DNA of 64,000 bases, from positions 1-64,000 of IMG/VR virus record IMGVR_UViG_3300027719_000003; one strand, given 5' to 3'. How positions within the stretch are numbered: position 1 is the first letter of the stretch; the number at the start of each line of letters is the position of its first letter. Origin of the DNA: a virus. The position numbers were made by a program, and so were the translations under genes. The notes under the pieces are model-generated. The model was not told the origin of the DNA. It ran no database searches and saw nothing but the letters and a program-made list of their open reading frames with translations. This document shows positions 37,127 to 47,195 of the stretch, piece by piece.

Positions 37127-37365
37127 ACCGCCGCCCAGTTCGTAAGCCCCTCAAGTTCAGTGTAGTATTCATCTATCTCTGCCTTGAGCTTGGACTGTTT
37201 ACCATCCATATCAGTCAATGCTGTGTCCGCTTCCTCTACTGTATCAAATTTATAGTCGGCCTTCCACTGCGCCACTATCGTCTCTACGGCACCTTCAGCA
37301 CGGGACTTCTTGGCCTTGAGTGTTTCGATCTTCGACTTGATGCCTTCAAACGTTCGAGCATCCAT
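37123..37365 (-). CDS. coiled-coil protein (possible SbcC arm segment)
   Basis: Heptad pattern; location within sbcCD cluster. Confidence 0.65.
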   Translation of the reverse strand: MDARTFEGIKSKIETLKAKKSRAEGAVETIVAQWKADYKFDTVEEADTALTDMDGKQSKLKAEIDEYYTELEGLTNWAAV

Positions 37366-37366
37366 A

Positions 37367-37507
37367 CTACATTACCCCCTTAATCTGCGTGATAAAGAAC
37401 TTGAAAGCCATAATTACAAGCCCACCGAGACCCGCAAGCATAGCCAGTGAGATGAGCGCCGAGTATACTGGTGTCAATACTTTGCTTAACAATGAGTCTG
37501 GTTTCAT
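37367..37507 (-). CDS. small membrane protein (46 aa)
   Basis: ATGA overlap with sbcD stop, GGAGG RBS; MKPDSLLSKVLTPVYSALISLAMLAGLGGLVIM... Confidence 0.55.
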   Translation of the reverse strand: MKPDSLLSKVLTPVYSALISLAMLAGLGGLVIMAFKFFITQIKGVM

Positions 37508-38454
37508 ACTTCCTCCTCCACTTCCGTAATGATATCCCGTACCGCTTGGCTAACCTTCGTGGCAAGTATAGTCGCCTTGAGGTTGTCTTCAAACGATAGC
37601 CCTATCTGCCCATCGTGCATAATCGTCTCTACGAACGACGATATCCGCTCATCCCGTTCCTGCTTCTGATCCAAGTGATCCCGCGTTAGCATCGTCTTGT
37701 TATTCGGCATCGGAATCACTTCCATCTCAAACCCTGTGCGCCTATACACCGGGAACTTGTCAGACTTCACACTTACGTCAATAGCATCCCCTGTATCCAC
37801 ATAGACAATGATCGGGCTATAGTCGATCAGGTCAGCGGCTTGAACATTCATACATCCCGGATTGATAACGTATCGACCTTCTTCCTCCACCTTGAAGTTG
37901 TGGTGATAGTCCCCCGTGAAGATGAACTGTGCATCAGGATATTTCTCAAGAAGCGTATAGGCACTCGTTCCTTCTATGCCGAACGGTATATCCGCTGTAC
38001 TCGGGAAGGTGAGCGTATGCGTAACGTATACTCCTACCGCTTCCGGTATATAGTCTTCCAGCTTACACGTATGCTCAAAGCGCCCATTCTCAGTGTACTC
38101 TGTGGCACCCAGATATACAATCTTCTCATTCGTCTTGGCCATGGCCTTGAGGATACCTACGGAACTACTATCGACGTTCTCCAGCTTATGCCACGGCAGA
38201 CTATGGTTCCCAGCTATCACGTAGCACTTACCGATCAGCACTGCCATAGCGTTAATAAATAGAGACACCACTTCAGGTGGCACCCTCGGTACGTCGAACA
38301 AGTCCCCCGTGCAGATAATGTCCGCATCCCGGAGGTTCGCCTGATCCACAATGAAGTCAAGGTGCTTCTTCTGCGTAGCCATCCAATCCTCGTCAAGCCT
38401 ACATAGTGGCAGGTCAGGGCGGAGGTGATTATCCCCTGTTACAATGAATCGCAC
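37504..38454 (-). CDS. SbcD/Mre11-like nuclease
   Basis: GDNH, GDLFD, GNH, GDYH, NPG metallophosphoesterase motifs. Confidence 0.9.
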   Translation of the reverse strand: MRFIVTGDNHLRPDLPLCRLDEDWMATQKKHLDFIVDQANLRDADIICTGDLFDVPRVPPEVVSLFINAMAVLIGKCYVIAGNHSLPWHKLENVDSSSVGILKAMAKTNEKIVYLGATEYTENGRFEHTCKLEDYIPEAVGVYVTHTLTFPSTADIPFGIEGTSAYTLLEKYPDAQFIFTGDYHHNFKVEEEGRYVINPGCMNVQAADLIDYSPIIVYVDTGDAIDVSVKSDKFPVYRRTGFEMEVIPMPNNKTMLTRDHLDQKQERDERISSFVETIMHDGQIGLSFEDNLKATILATKVSQAVRDIITEVEEEV

Positions 38455-39515
38455 TCGTCTAGCTCCTTTCCACATGTAGGGCATGTCTTAGGTAGGGATG
38501 CTACAGCTTCAGTAAGCTCTGCCGTAGTGGTCTTTATGGCTCTTGTGGTATCCCTGTACTGCTCGATGCTATCCCGAAGAGAATCGATCTGCTGTTCGGC
38601 CTCCCTGTAGTATTCCTTCTTGGCCTCGATCTTCTTGATAACTCTTTCGGCGTAGTCGGTGCTTACTCCATTATCGATAATCTCCTTGGCTACATTATAG
38701 TTGTCGATGGAATTCTCAAGAGAAGCAATGGTCTTATTAACCTCAGCCAGTTCTCCAACGGATATATCAATGAGCTTTATGAGCTTCGCTGATCGATCTA
38801 AAACCCGTCTGTATTCTGGGAGTTTATCCATAGCAGAACGATAATCCCCAATGCTAACACGTAAGCTAGTGATTGTGGCATCAAGCTCATTGAGTGCCCC
38901 CTCCTTCTTCTTTATGATCTCGACAAGCTCTTCTGCACGGTCTAGCCACGAATAGCCCGCTATAGCGGTTTCTAGCCTCGCCAGCGCGTCCGCGCAATGT
39001 TCTGTATCAACCCTCGTCTTACGCTTCTTGGACTCAATGCTGGACATGTATCGGTCTATAGCGTCGAAGTGAACAATCTTATTAAAGAACCGCGCCACTT
39101 CCCCCGGCGTTTCACTAAGAAGGAACGGGGCGTCATGCTGGCGCTGGGTATTCACCTCCGTGAAGTTGATCGCCTTGTCTACTTCTTCGGGCACATCAAG
39201 GCCGATAGCCTCAAGCACCTTATCGTCAATGCTATAGGTGTTACCTGTAGTCACTGACTTGATGCGAGTGATGATGCCTGAATCCTTTACGAGAGAAGCG
39301 AGCGTATCGGAAGTCTGCTTCCCTTTTTCGTTCCTAGCCCAGTGGGACACGAAGGCATCCCCGGATGGCCGGTTATGCACCACCCAGTTTACTGCTCGGA
39401 GGATAGACGACTTACCGGAATTGGATGATCCGGTAATGACGTTGACTCCGGGATGCAGTTCTAGGGTTGTGTCCTTATGGGCTTGAAAGTTCTCTAGTCG
39501 TATCTCTTTTACCAC
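38439..39515 (-). CDS. SbcC/Rad50-like ATPase, N-terminal half ending at zinc hook
   Basis: LENFQAH...GSSNSGKS Walker A, Q-loop, terminal CPTC. Confidence 0.9.
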   Translation of the reverse strand: MVKEIRLENFQAHKDTTLELHPGVNVITGSSNSGKSSILRAVNWVVHNRPSGDAFVSHWARNEKGKQTSDTLASLVKDSGIITRIKSVTTGNTYSIDDKVLEAIGLDVPEEVDKAINFTEVNTQRQHDAPFLLSETPGEVARFFNKIVHFDAIDRYMSSIESKKRKTRVDTEHCADALARLETAIAGYSWLDRAEELVEIIKKKEGALNELDATITSLRVSIGDYRSAMDKLPEYRRVLDRSAKLIKLIDISVGELAEVNKTIASLENSIDNYNVAKEIIDNGVSTDYAERVIKKIEAKKEYYREAEQQIDSLRDSIEQYRDTTRAIKTTTAELTEAVASLPKTCPTCGKELDECDSL

Positions 39516-39564
39516 GTTACCTCCTTAAACAAAAAGACTACAGGGCGCTATACCCTGTAGTCAT

Positions 39565-39593
39565 AGTGTATCACATTATTCTACAGAAGTCAA
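39565..39593 (-). promoter_or_regulatory. promoter TTGACT-17-TACACT
   Basis: Consensus match. Confidence 0.65.
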
Positions 39594-40279
39594 GCCCTAC
39601 AACAATGCTCTGCATACATCTGTTGAATTTTATCAATCTGCACATGTTCCTGTCTATATTTTTTCCAGAAGTACATGTACGGAACTCCAATTGTATCTGC
39701 CCATTGTGATAATGTCTTTGTTTCTCCATTAAATGTTACTAAAATGTTCGAACGTTTATTATTATTTTGTGTTTTGAAGGTCGCCCACCGGCAGTTTTCG
39801 GGCGTGTAGTCCCCATTTACATCTATTCGATCTACTGTCATCTTGTGGGGGCAATCCCCCATATCTTCCAAAAAATTTTCAAACTTGAGCCATCTATCAC
39901 ATATTTTAATACCCCGCCCCCCATAATCATCCCATGCAGAATTATGGGGGCACAGAGTTCGTTCTTTAATAGAACGCCATGCTCTATATGTTTTAGATTG
40001 GCCATGAGCGGCGTATCCATGGGTTGTATTCACACGGAGTAACGCCGCCTTATTTACGCACCCACATGATGATGGATTTCCGTTAATAATTGTAGAAAGC
40101 GTTGTTTCGTATATATTCCCACAAAAACACTTCACAGAGCACCTGATTCGACACCTAAGTCTGCCTCCACGTAAAATTCTATCCCTGTATACCCGCAAAA
40201 TAGTTAGCCCATTAAAACATGCCCCGATATATGGGCTGTTCATATTCCCCTCTTTTGAGGGAGGTCTACCTGTTCTCAT
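39590..40279 (-). CDS. HNH homing endonuclease
   Basis: CFCG...SCGC...YGGRGIKICDRW..FENF...DRIDVNGDYTPENCRWA. Confidence 0.9.
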   Translation of the reverse strand: MRTGRPPSKEGNMNSPYIGACFNGLTILRVYRDRILRGGRLRCRIRCSVKCFCGNIYETTLSTIINGNPSSCGCVNKAALLRVNTTHGYAAHGQSKTYRAWRSIKERTLCPHNSAWDDYGGRGIKICDRWLKFENFLEDMGDCPHKMTVDRIDVNGDYTPENCRWATFKTQNNNKRSNILVTFNGETKTLSQWADTIGVPYMYFWKKYRQEHVQIDKIQQMYAEHCCRA

Positions 40280-40282
40280 ACA

Positions 40283-41611
40283 CTATTTCCCGTGACAATG
40301 TTTAAATTTCTTACCGCTAAGACAGGGGCAGGGCGCATTGCGATCAGCTTCCATCTTGATTCGCATGATCCGTAGCTTCTCCTCGGCCTTGAGGAATACA
40401 GCCTTCCACTGCTCACCTACCTGTTTCCACGTCCAGATTTCATTATAGGCACGTTCAGCTTTGGCACTAGCCTCTTCTGGGTGGTCATATATTTCCTCCA
40501 GTTTAATCGCCATATTATATATATCTACTGTAGGACGAAGGATGTTATTGTCCCCCGGCCCCATAAATGTAAATAAATTCTCTTCAGTGCCTGAGTCTAT
40601 GAAGTACCCCCGTGCTTCATATTCACCGATCATTTCAGTGAGTGAAGTATTACGCGGGAATAGAAGAGGCTTCTTACACGCCGCGCCTTCAGAAAAGCTC
40701 AGGCCCCAACCCTCACCAACTGTCGTAGACACCACCACGTCACAAGCCCCATATATCTGATTGACTATCTCTATAGGATACCCCTGATTAGCCCCATAGG
40801 AACCGGGAGCAGGGCAAGCCCAATCCACATCCCACTTGAGGCCATAGTGTTCGGCGATCTCTACGAGGTTACCACCCACATCGTCCATTTGACACAGCAT
40901 GAACAGGAACGAATCGGGGTGTTTCTCGTGAAACAATTTGAATCCGGCGAACGTGCGCCACAAATCCTTCCGTGGTTGGTTCCGGTTCACATTGAGTACA
41001 ATGAATTTATCTTTGTGCGATGAGAAAAATTTATCACGGAATGACGTATCAGATGGCGGGAAGAAGATATCCTTATCGACACCGTGATAGATTACGTCCA
41101 TATCCTTGAGCGTATCCATGATCTTCAGGCACTCGTTCTTGGCGTAGTTCGTATACGCCACCGGCACATCCATCTTGGCGACGACACCTTCTACCCACGA
41201 CTTCTTCGGCGTACCGTCAATCGGGAAGTAGTGGATCATGGCGAACTTTTTCTCAAGCGGAAGCCCTTCCCTGACCTTGATAAGCGCGTCAATGAACGTC
41301 TGCACAATGAACGTATCCTGAATCATAAAGACCAGATCGAAGTGCCCTGTCCTCGCCATATCAACGAGAAGCTGACGCCCATAGACATCCTTGTACCGCT
41401 CGTCATGCGTAAGAGCATTAGCGGCAGGATAGATGTCATAGGGGAACTTCACCCGGTCATACGGCGCACCAGAATGGTTAATGCCGACGAGAGTGAAGTC
41501 ATACTTCCCTGTCTTATAGAGAACATTCAACAGATTCCTTGCTACCGTGGCGAACCCAGTCGCGGTAGTAGGAGAATCAGAGTACCACAGAACCTTTAGC
41601 TTTTCACCCAC
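40283..41611 (-). CDS. GT4-family glycosyltransferase with C-terminal SEC-C motif
   Basis: TGFATV, HGVD, NRNQPRK, GEGWGLSFSEGAAC; RNAPCPCLSGKKFKHCHG. Confidence 0.9.
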   Translation of the reverse strand: MGEKLKVLWYSDSPTTATGFATVARNLLNVLYKTGKYDFTLVGINHSGAPYDRVKFPYDIYPAANALTHDERYKDVYGRQLLVDMARTGHFDLVFMIQDTFIVQTFIDALIKVREGLPLEKKFAMIHYFPIDGTPKKSWVEGVVAKMDVPVAYTNYAKNECLKIMDTLKDMDVIYHGVDKDIFFPPSDTSFRDKFFSSHKDKFIVLNVNRNQPRKDLWRTFAGFKLFHEKHPDSFLFMLCQMDDVGGNLVEIAEHYGLKWDVDWACPAPGSYGANQGYPIEIVNQIYGACDVVVSTTVGEGWGLSFSEGAACKKPLLFPRNTSLTEMIGEYEARGYFIDSGTEENLFTFMGPGDNNILRPTVDIYNMAIKLEEIYDHPEEASAKAERAYNEIWTWKQVGEQWKAVFLKAEEKLRIMRIKMEADRNAPCPCLSGKKFKHCHGK

Positions 41612-41951
41612 GCTTCTTGCCTCCCTTTGTAACTTTCTTTATTGGTGAATAGTCGCTCGTCACCAATGCCTGATGGAGTAGCTGTGCGAACCCATCCACA
41701 AAGCCCTCTTCCTCATTGAGATCATTCTGGCCCATGTGGTGCAGGATGAAATGGACTAGCTCATGGAGATAGGTCTCTTCAAGCTGAGACTGGATACGGG
41801 CAAAGCCATTCGCATTGCTCTGAATCGCTATGGTATTCGTAGCAAGCCGAGCCTCACCAAGCGTACCATTCTCTGCCCCTATGTGATCCTCAAGAACCAC
41901 ATTGATCTTTTGCCCGTGTAGGAGAAACGATGCCGGAATCTTCATGCTCAT
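41604..41951 (-). CDS. HExxH metallopeptidase-like protein
   Basis: ETYLHELVH...EEGFV. Confidence 0.7.
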   Translation of the reverse strand: MSMKIPASFLLHGQKINVVLEDHIGAENGTLGEARLATNTIAIQSNANGFARIQSQLEETYLHELVHFILHHMGQNDLNEEEGFVDGFAQLLHQALVTSDYSPIKKVTKGGKKRG

Positions 41952-41962
41952 TCAATGCCTCC

Positions 41963-42646
41963 TTAATTTCGACTCAGCGTACCTCGTGCATACGGGTCTC
42001 TGCTGGTTTCTTCTCCCGGCATACCACCCCATATATCCTTGTAGATCGCCCCATGATGCGGGAAAACAATGTCATTCACCCTGCGTGCTACTGGATCGTT
42101 CTTTATCGTGTGGCTCCCTTCATGTAGTACCAGATCATTCTCCGTATGGTAGATCGTCCAACCCCTAAGCTCCATCAGCCTGTGCATCGAGTTATCCATA
42201 TAGTACATTGGGTACAGGATGGGGTTATGCCACACATTCTCCGTGAAAAAGAACTCAGGATTCCATAATACAAAGGCATCTCCGTTATTGTGCCCGAGCA
42301 TTATAGCCGCCCACCTAGGATCATTATACTGAACTTCGTTCCACTTGTCAAGTATTTCCTGCAAGGCACCCGGATGAAGCATGGCATCATTGTGAAGAGA
42401 CATACAGAAGGCATCCTTGACCCGTCTGGTCTGTCGAATCATCCAATTGATAGACTGCCCATGGAGAAGGCGCACCGGCATATTGATGACATCAGCCCGC
42501 ATCTCGCCTATAGGGGCTTCGGTGTTATTGATGACCACCAGCTTGGCCTCATGCTCAGTTCGCCCGATCTCATCCCAAAAGGATTTGATGGCCCGTTCAG
42601 TTAGCTGAAGATCACCACCGCAGGGGATGTAGCATGTTACTTTCAC
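41963..42646 (-). CDS. GT2/GT-A-like glycosyltransferase
   Basis: CYIP...VVINN...LHNDA...PMYYMD...H pattern. Confidence 0.65.
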   Translation of the reverse strand: MKVTCYIPCGGDLQLTERAIKSFWDEIGRTEHEAKLVVINNTEAPIGEMRADVINMPVRLLHGQSINWMIRQTRRVKDAFCMSLHNDAMLHPGALQEILDKWNEVQYNDPRWAAIMLGHNNGDAFVLWNPEFFFTENVWHNPILYPMYYMDNSMHRLMELRGWTIYHTENDLVLHEGSHTIKNDPVARRVNDIVFPHHGAIYKDIWGGMPGEETSRDPYARGTLSRN

Positions 42647-43641
42647 AGGATTCCCGCCTTTTCTATCAACTGAATAGTCTCCTCATCCGAGAGACGTTTG
42701 GTGTTTTCAGAAGTAAGCCCTTCTGGGAATTTCATGCACCCTTCATTCGGGAAAGATGGGTATAAAGCCCACTCATGCTTTGACACAATCTCTACCCACC
42801 TAGAATCACGGCAGTGTACACAACGCTCCCCCTCCTCTGAAGTAATTAGCGTTTCGTGTATTTTCTCTCCCGGACGTGGCCCTATTACTTTTATGTCAAT
42901 TTTAGCTGTATCTGCAATTATAGCCGCCACTGCATAGGCCACATCTATAATCTCTGAGGCGGGGGCATTGTATACATAGGTACTTCCATTACTTCCGTAC
43001 TCCAGCGCATATTCCACAAGTTCTACGGCTTCTTGCAGTGTCATCATAAAGCGGGTCATTTTTCCATTAGTAATGGTAACTGGGGCACACTCCCTGATCT
43101 GCTGTTCAAATCTAGGGATAACTGATCCTCTTGACCCCATAACATTACCGTACCGCGTTATACAGATTGTTGTTCCGTAGGCATCAGCCTTCTTAGCCAC
43201 CGCAAGCCCCAGCTTTTCCATGAGTGCCTTCGTCATCCCCATGGTATTGACAGGCATAACGGCCTTATCTGTACTCAGCAGAACAAGATTATCCACCCCC
43301 GCCTTTACTGCCGAATTGATGACGTTAGCTGATCCAAGCACATTCGTAGCGAATGCCTCTTCCGGGTGCTCCTCACACGACGGCACTTGCTTCATAGCGG
43401 CGGCATGGAACACAGCATCGATGTCCTTCATCGCCGCATCTACACTAACGCGATTCCGTACATCCCCTATGACATACGTTATACGTGGATCATCATAAAG
43501 GTTCTTCATATCGTCCTGCTTCTTTTCATCCCGACTGAAGATACGAATTTCTTTCAGATCAGAACGTAGAAGCATTCTCTTGAGCATGGCATTCCCAAAG
43601 GAACCTGTGCCCCCCGTGATTAGCAGTCTAGTCACAACCAC
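42643..43641 (-). CDS. UDP-GlcNAc 4,6-dehydratase (FnlA/CapE/PseB family)
   Basis: ITGGTGSFG, FSRDEKKQ, HAAAMKQVPSCE, STDKA, RYGNVMGSRGSVIP, MTRF, RPGEKIHE. Confidence 0.93.
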   Translation of the reverse strand: MVVTRLLITGGTGSFGNAMLKRMLLRSDLKEIRIFSRDEKKQDDMKNLYDDPRITYVIGDVRNRVSVDAAMKDIDAVFHAAAMKQVPSCEEHPEEAFATNVLGSANVINSAVKAGVDNLVLLSTDKAVMPVNTMGMTKALMEKLGLAVAKKADAYGTTICITRYGNVMGSRGSVIPRFEQQIRECAPVTITNGKMTRFMMTLQEAVELVEYALEYGSNGSTYVYNAPASEIIDVAYAVAAIIADTAKIDIKVIGPRPGEKIHETLITSEEGERCVHCRDSRWVEIVSKHEWALYPSFPNEGCMKFPEGLTSENTKRLSDEETIQLIEKAGIL

Positions 43642-44501
43642 TCCTTTCCGTATATCGGAATATAACGTTCTTTATTCTTAACCATATAGTTATAGAGATC
43701 ACCGAGCTGGGTGAAGATATCGGGGGACGCAAAATCAGGTACTAGCGTCTTGTCACTATGCTCTTCAGCCCGGTCTATGATCGGTACACTCTTCTTCCAG
43801 ATGCCGCTAATGAAGGCAAGGATCATGCTCTTCGATACAGTGTCAGAGGCGAGCTGAACTATACCTGATGACATCCCCGGCCCATCCTCACCAATCTCCA
43901 TGCGAACATCATCCTTAATCTGCTTGAGGATAAAGTTAGCCAACGTCAGCGTCGTCACTCCATTCCAGAATACATTTGTATATCCATTAACCTTTTCATT
44001 CTGGTGCATAAACCAGTTAAAGAGACCAACGCCACCAGCACGAAGCTCAGGGCCAATAACAGAAGTACGAATGGTAAGGTGCTTCGGGCTATCCACTTCC
44101 CCGAGTATCTTGGACTGACCGTAGACTGAAGTAGCATCCGGCTTGTCCTTGGTGGTATACTTCCCCCTAGTACCTTCAAAGACACAATCGGTAGAGATAT
44201 GAATGAGCTTCGCCTTAATCTGTACAATCTGAGAAGCAATGGAGAATGGAAGGTGCCCATTCGTCCATATAGCCAAATCAGGGTTAGCATCACAGTCCTT
44301 CGGCAGAAGCCCAATGCAATTCACCACATACTTCGGCCAAAGAGACATAAGCGGCTGGCGGCCATCATAGAACACTTCATTACCCTGTGGCCGTCTATTA
44401 AGACGTAGTACCTCAAACTCGCCAGACTTCTCCAGCACGTCAGCCACAATGTGACCGACCATGCCGTTTGATCCCAGTACCAATACCCTAGGACGCTCCA
44501 T
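43632..44501 (-). CDS. NDP-4-keto-6-deoxysugar reductase (RmlD-like)
   Basis: VLGSNGMVG, HISTDCVF.G, YGQSK. Confidence 0.9.
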   Translation of the reverse strand: MERPRVLVLGSNGMVGHIVADVLEKSGEFEVLRLNRRPQGNEVFYDGRQPLMSLWPKYVVNCIGLLPKDCDANPDLAIWTNGHLPFSIASQIVQIKAKLIHISTDCVFEGTRGKYTTKDKPDATSVYGQSKILGEVDSPKHLTIRTSVIGPELRAGGVGLFNWFMHQNEKVNGYTNVFWNGVTTLTLANFILKQIKDDVRMEIGEDGPGMSSGIVQLASDTVSKSMILAFISGIWKKSVPIIDRAEEHSDKTLVPDFASPDIFTQLGDLYNYMVKNKERYIPIYGKEWL

Positions 44502-44985
44502 CGTTAGCTCTCCTTACCAGCTTTTCAAACGTATCCCACGCCATAATGACGAGGGTTTCTGATATCGCTTTCTTGTTATGAACTATCAACCAATCGGTAT
44601 CCTTGTACATATTGCTCTTAGCTTGATCTACCGTGTCCTTGAGGTTCAGGGATTCACATGCCTTGCACTCCACCGAGAAGGGGAAGCGCTTTACAGCCTC
44701 TCCCCGTAGGACAATATCAGTTCCGGCTTGTCCCATCTCCCGTGAATGGATATCGCAGGTATCATCAGACTGCTCATACGGGATGCCGGTGATATCAGAT
44801 ATCTTTCGGCACACCCACTGCTGTAGATTACGCCCCTTGGCCTTGGCGCTAGATGTAGTAATCTTCTTCTGGGTCTTCTGAAACTTATGAATCAGGGTAT
44901 CAAGGGCGGCACTGGGGGCAATCTCATTAAGGCTTTGAAGCATTTCTATATCGGCAGTATCTATTGTAACCCACTTCTTACTCAT
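44488..44985 (-). CDS. Holliday junction resolvase-like PD-(D/E)xK nuclease (T5 D14-like)
   Basis: AKAKGRNLQ...SREMGQAGTD...FPFSVECK. Confidence 0.8.
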   Translation of the reverse strand: MSKKWVTIDTADIEMLQSLNEIAPSAALDTLIHKFQKTQKKITTSSAKAKGRNLQQWVCRKISDITGIPYEQSDDTCDIHSREMGQAGTDIVLRGEAVKRFPFSVECKACESLNLKDTVDQAKSNMYKDTDWLIVHNKKAISETLVIMAWDTFEKLVRRANDGAS

Positions 44986-46087
44986 CCTCTACCCCGAACT
45001 TCTTGGGCCTTACCTCAGTGATACTATCCTCAATCTCTTCCCACGAGGCTATAACCCGTCGTTTCAGTTCCCCTTTGAGCTTATTTTCTTCCACGAAAGT
45101 GATAAGTTCCTCGCGGCTCATCGGCTCCTTGCCGTCTTCCCAAATGATAGACTTGGAGCTTTTCAGAAGCTCACCAGTCTTATCAGAACGGAGATTGAAC
45201 AGGAAGTCTATGTTCGCCGCCACATCATCCATGCCATACGTGAAATTGATCGGAATGAAACAGCTACGGAACGGGCGGGGGTGCCTAACCTTCTCAGCAG
45301 TGGTCTCAATCAGTACACCAATAGCACGGCCCTTACGCTCTTCCTTTTCCTTGAGCTTACTATAGATACGGGCAGTCTCATAGAACCCCACAGCACGTCC
45401 ACCACCGAGGCGATTCTTCTTGCCATACATACCGGCGTTAGCGTTGTCACGTTCCTGTGATATGATATAAAGTAGAGCGTTCTTTTCGGCTAACTTCGCA
45501 GATAGGCCACGGAACATCTCTTGGCTGAGGAATTTTGCGGCGGACATGTTGTAGGAACCTTCATCAAATTCCTTATCCTTGTCATACGCCGCATGACGCT
45601 TATCCTTGCGGGCTTCAAGCTCATCGGAACCCAACGCATCCAATGAGTCCAGAACATATATACCGCACTCATCTTCTTTCAGACTATCAAGGAACTTATT
45701 GACATCATATTCCCACTTCTCTACCGTCTGGGGCATCTCATCCCGGTTCATCTTGCTCGTAGGTATGATCTCAAAGCCATAGAGTCCTACACTGTCTATC
45801 GTGTTGCCGAATTCCACATCGGCATACTTCCACTTAAATTTGTCCTTATACTTATAGTAATTCGCCGCGATCATTTCTACGGCTTTAAATGTCTTCGTCG
45901 AACTAGAACCACCCCAGTCCCGTACTATAGTTCCGGCTTCATACCCCATGCCGTAGCCAGCCTTCTCCCCGCCACCCACGACAAGATCAAGCAAGGTACT
46001 TCCTGTGGAGAAATACAACCCACGCTTCGGCACCTCTATCTGCTTCTTAGCCAATATCGTCTCCTTTATACTTGCAAGGTTCAACAT
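44978..46087 (-). CDS. RecA/UvsX-like recombinase
   Basis: STGS..LD, GGSSSTKT P-loop, VLDSL, ISQER, GGRAVGFY. Confidence 0.88.
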   Translation of the reverse strand: MLNLASIKETILAKKQIEVPKRGLYFSTGSTLLDLVVGGGEKAGYGMGYEAGTIVRDWGGSSSTKTFKAVEMIAANYYKYKDKFKWKYADVEFGNTIDSVGLYGFEIIPTSKMNRDEMPQTVEKWEYDVNKFLDSLKEDECGIYVLDSLDALGSDELEARKDKRHAAYDKDKEFDEGSYNMSAAKFLSQEMFRGLSAKLAEKNALLYIISQERDNANAGMYGKKNRLGGGRAVGFYETARIYSKLKEKEERKGRAIGVLIETTAEKVRHPRPFRSCFIPINFTYGMDDVAANIDFLFNLRSDKTGELLKSSKSIIWEDGKEPMSREELITFVEENKLKGELKRRVIASWEEIEDSITEVRPKKFGVEDE

Positions 46088-46152
46088 ACCATCCTTTGAA
46101 ACAAAAACTGCACAGTAGCATACGACATGATACCGTGCAGTTCTATTGTTAC

Positions 46153-47193
46153 TTACTTAGCGGCGCGAGCACAATCCTTCCACTTTCCGGGAGGGCAATC
46201 GTTCTTGCACTCATCGAATTCGTCATTGTCCTTGCCGAACCTGTGACCATACGGGCAGGGATTTTCCTCCTTGTCCTTGGCGGGGGGTTCATCTTCATCG
46301 TCATCGCCCTTCTTGGCGCGAGTACGTGCAGGAGGGGTCTCATCTTCTTCTACCGCCTTACCCTTAGCGGTGTTGTCAAAAGGGATATCGTCCTCGTCGT
46401 CATCCTTGGCAGAGCGGCGAGGGGCTTCCTCATCTTTCTTCGACCTAGCGGGAGCCTCGTCCTCATCGTCATCCGAGCCGTTCATAATCTCCATCATTTC
46501 GGCGGGCGTATACAGGATCATAAGCTCATCGAAAGAGATAGCGTTCGCGGCGGCTTTCTTCACTGGCTTCTCACGATCAAGGAACTGGAAGTCCTTCGGC
46601 TCCTGTGTCACCTTCCCCATGAACTTATTCGGAGAGCCACGGAACTTGACGGTTTTACCCTTGTCCAGATCAGCGAACGGAATAATCGATTTGCCTTCAG
46701 AATTATACCGAGCAGACTCAATCAGTTCCTTCTCGAACTTGAAGTGGGACTGATCCAGTACCAGCACCTCATTGGGGTCATCGGCCAGCAAATCCCGCAC
46801 GTTGTACATCACACGGCGCTTAGCCCTGTATGCATCGTACTCGTCCTTCTTCCCGTCTTCTTTGTACTCTTCGGCCTGATCGCAACAAGGACAGGGCTTA
46901 CCATAAGTTTTCTTCAGGCAGATAATGTCCGTCTCGCTCGGGCCTATGTTCTTGTGTACCCACACATCGAAGACATAATCTTCATCTCCGATTTCAAGAA
47001 CGCCGCGTTTGACAAGGGGGTGATTCTTCGACTTCACCGCGAAGGGAAGAATATCGATTTTGTTCACACCCTCCTTGATCTTATAGAACTTCGGGCGCTC
47101 ATCCAGCTTCGTCCAATCAAGGATGCCATTGCGGGAAGAACCGCCGTCATTCCGGCTATCATACGACTCGCTGTACCTCTTATCCATACCCAT
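46153..47193 (-). CDS. single-stranded DNA-binding protein (gp32-like)
   Basis: H...ICLKKTYGKPCPCC zinc motif; acidic tail with DDIPF. Confidence 0.78.
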   Translation of the reverse strand: MGMDKRYSESYDSRNDGGSSRNGILDWTKLDERPKFYKIKEGVNKIDILPFAVKSKNHPLVKRGVLEIGDEDYVFDVWVHKNIGPSETDIICLKKTYGKPCPCCDQAEEYKEDGKKDEYDAYRAKRRVMYNVRDLLADDPNEVLVLDQSHFKFEKELIESARYNSEGKSIIPFADLDKGKTVKFRGSPNKFMGKVTQEPKDFQFLDREKPVKKAAANAISFDELMILYTPAEMMEIMNGSDDDEDEAPARSKKDEEAPRRSAKDDDEDDIPFDNTAKGKAVEEDETPPARTRAKKGDDDEDEPPAKDKEENPCPYGHRFGKDNDEFDECKNDCPPGKWKDCARAAK

Positions 47194-47195
47194 AC

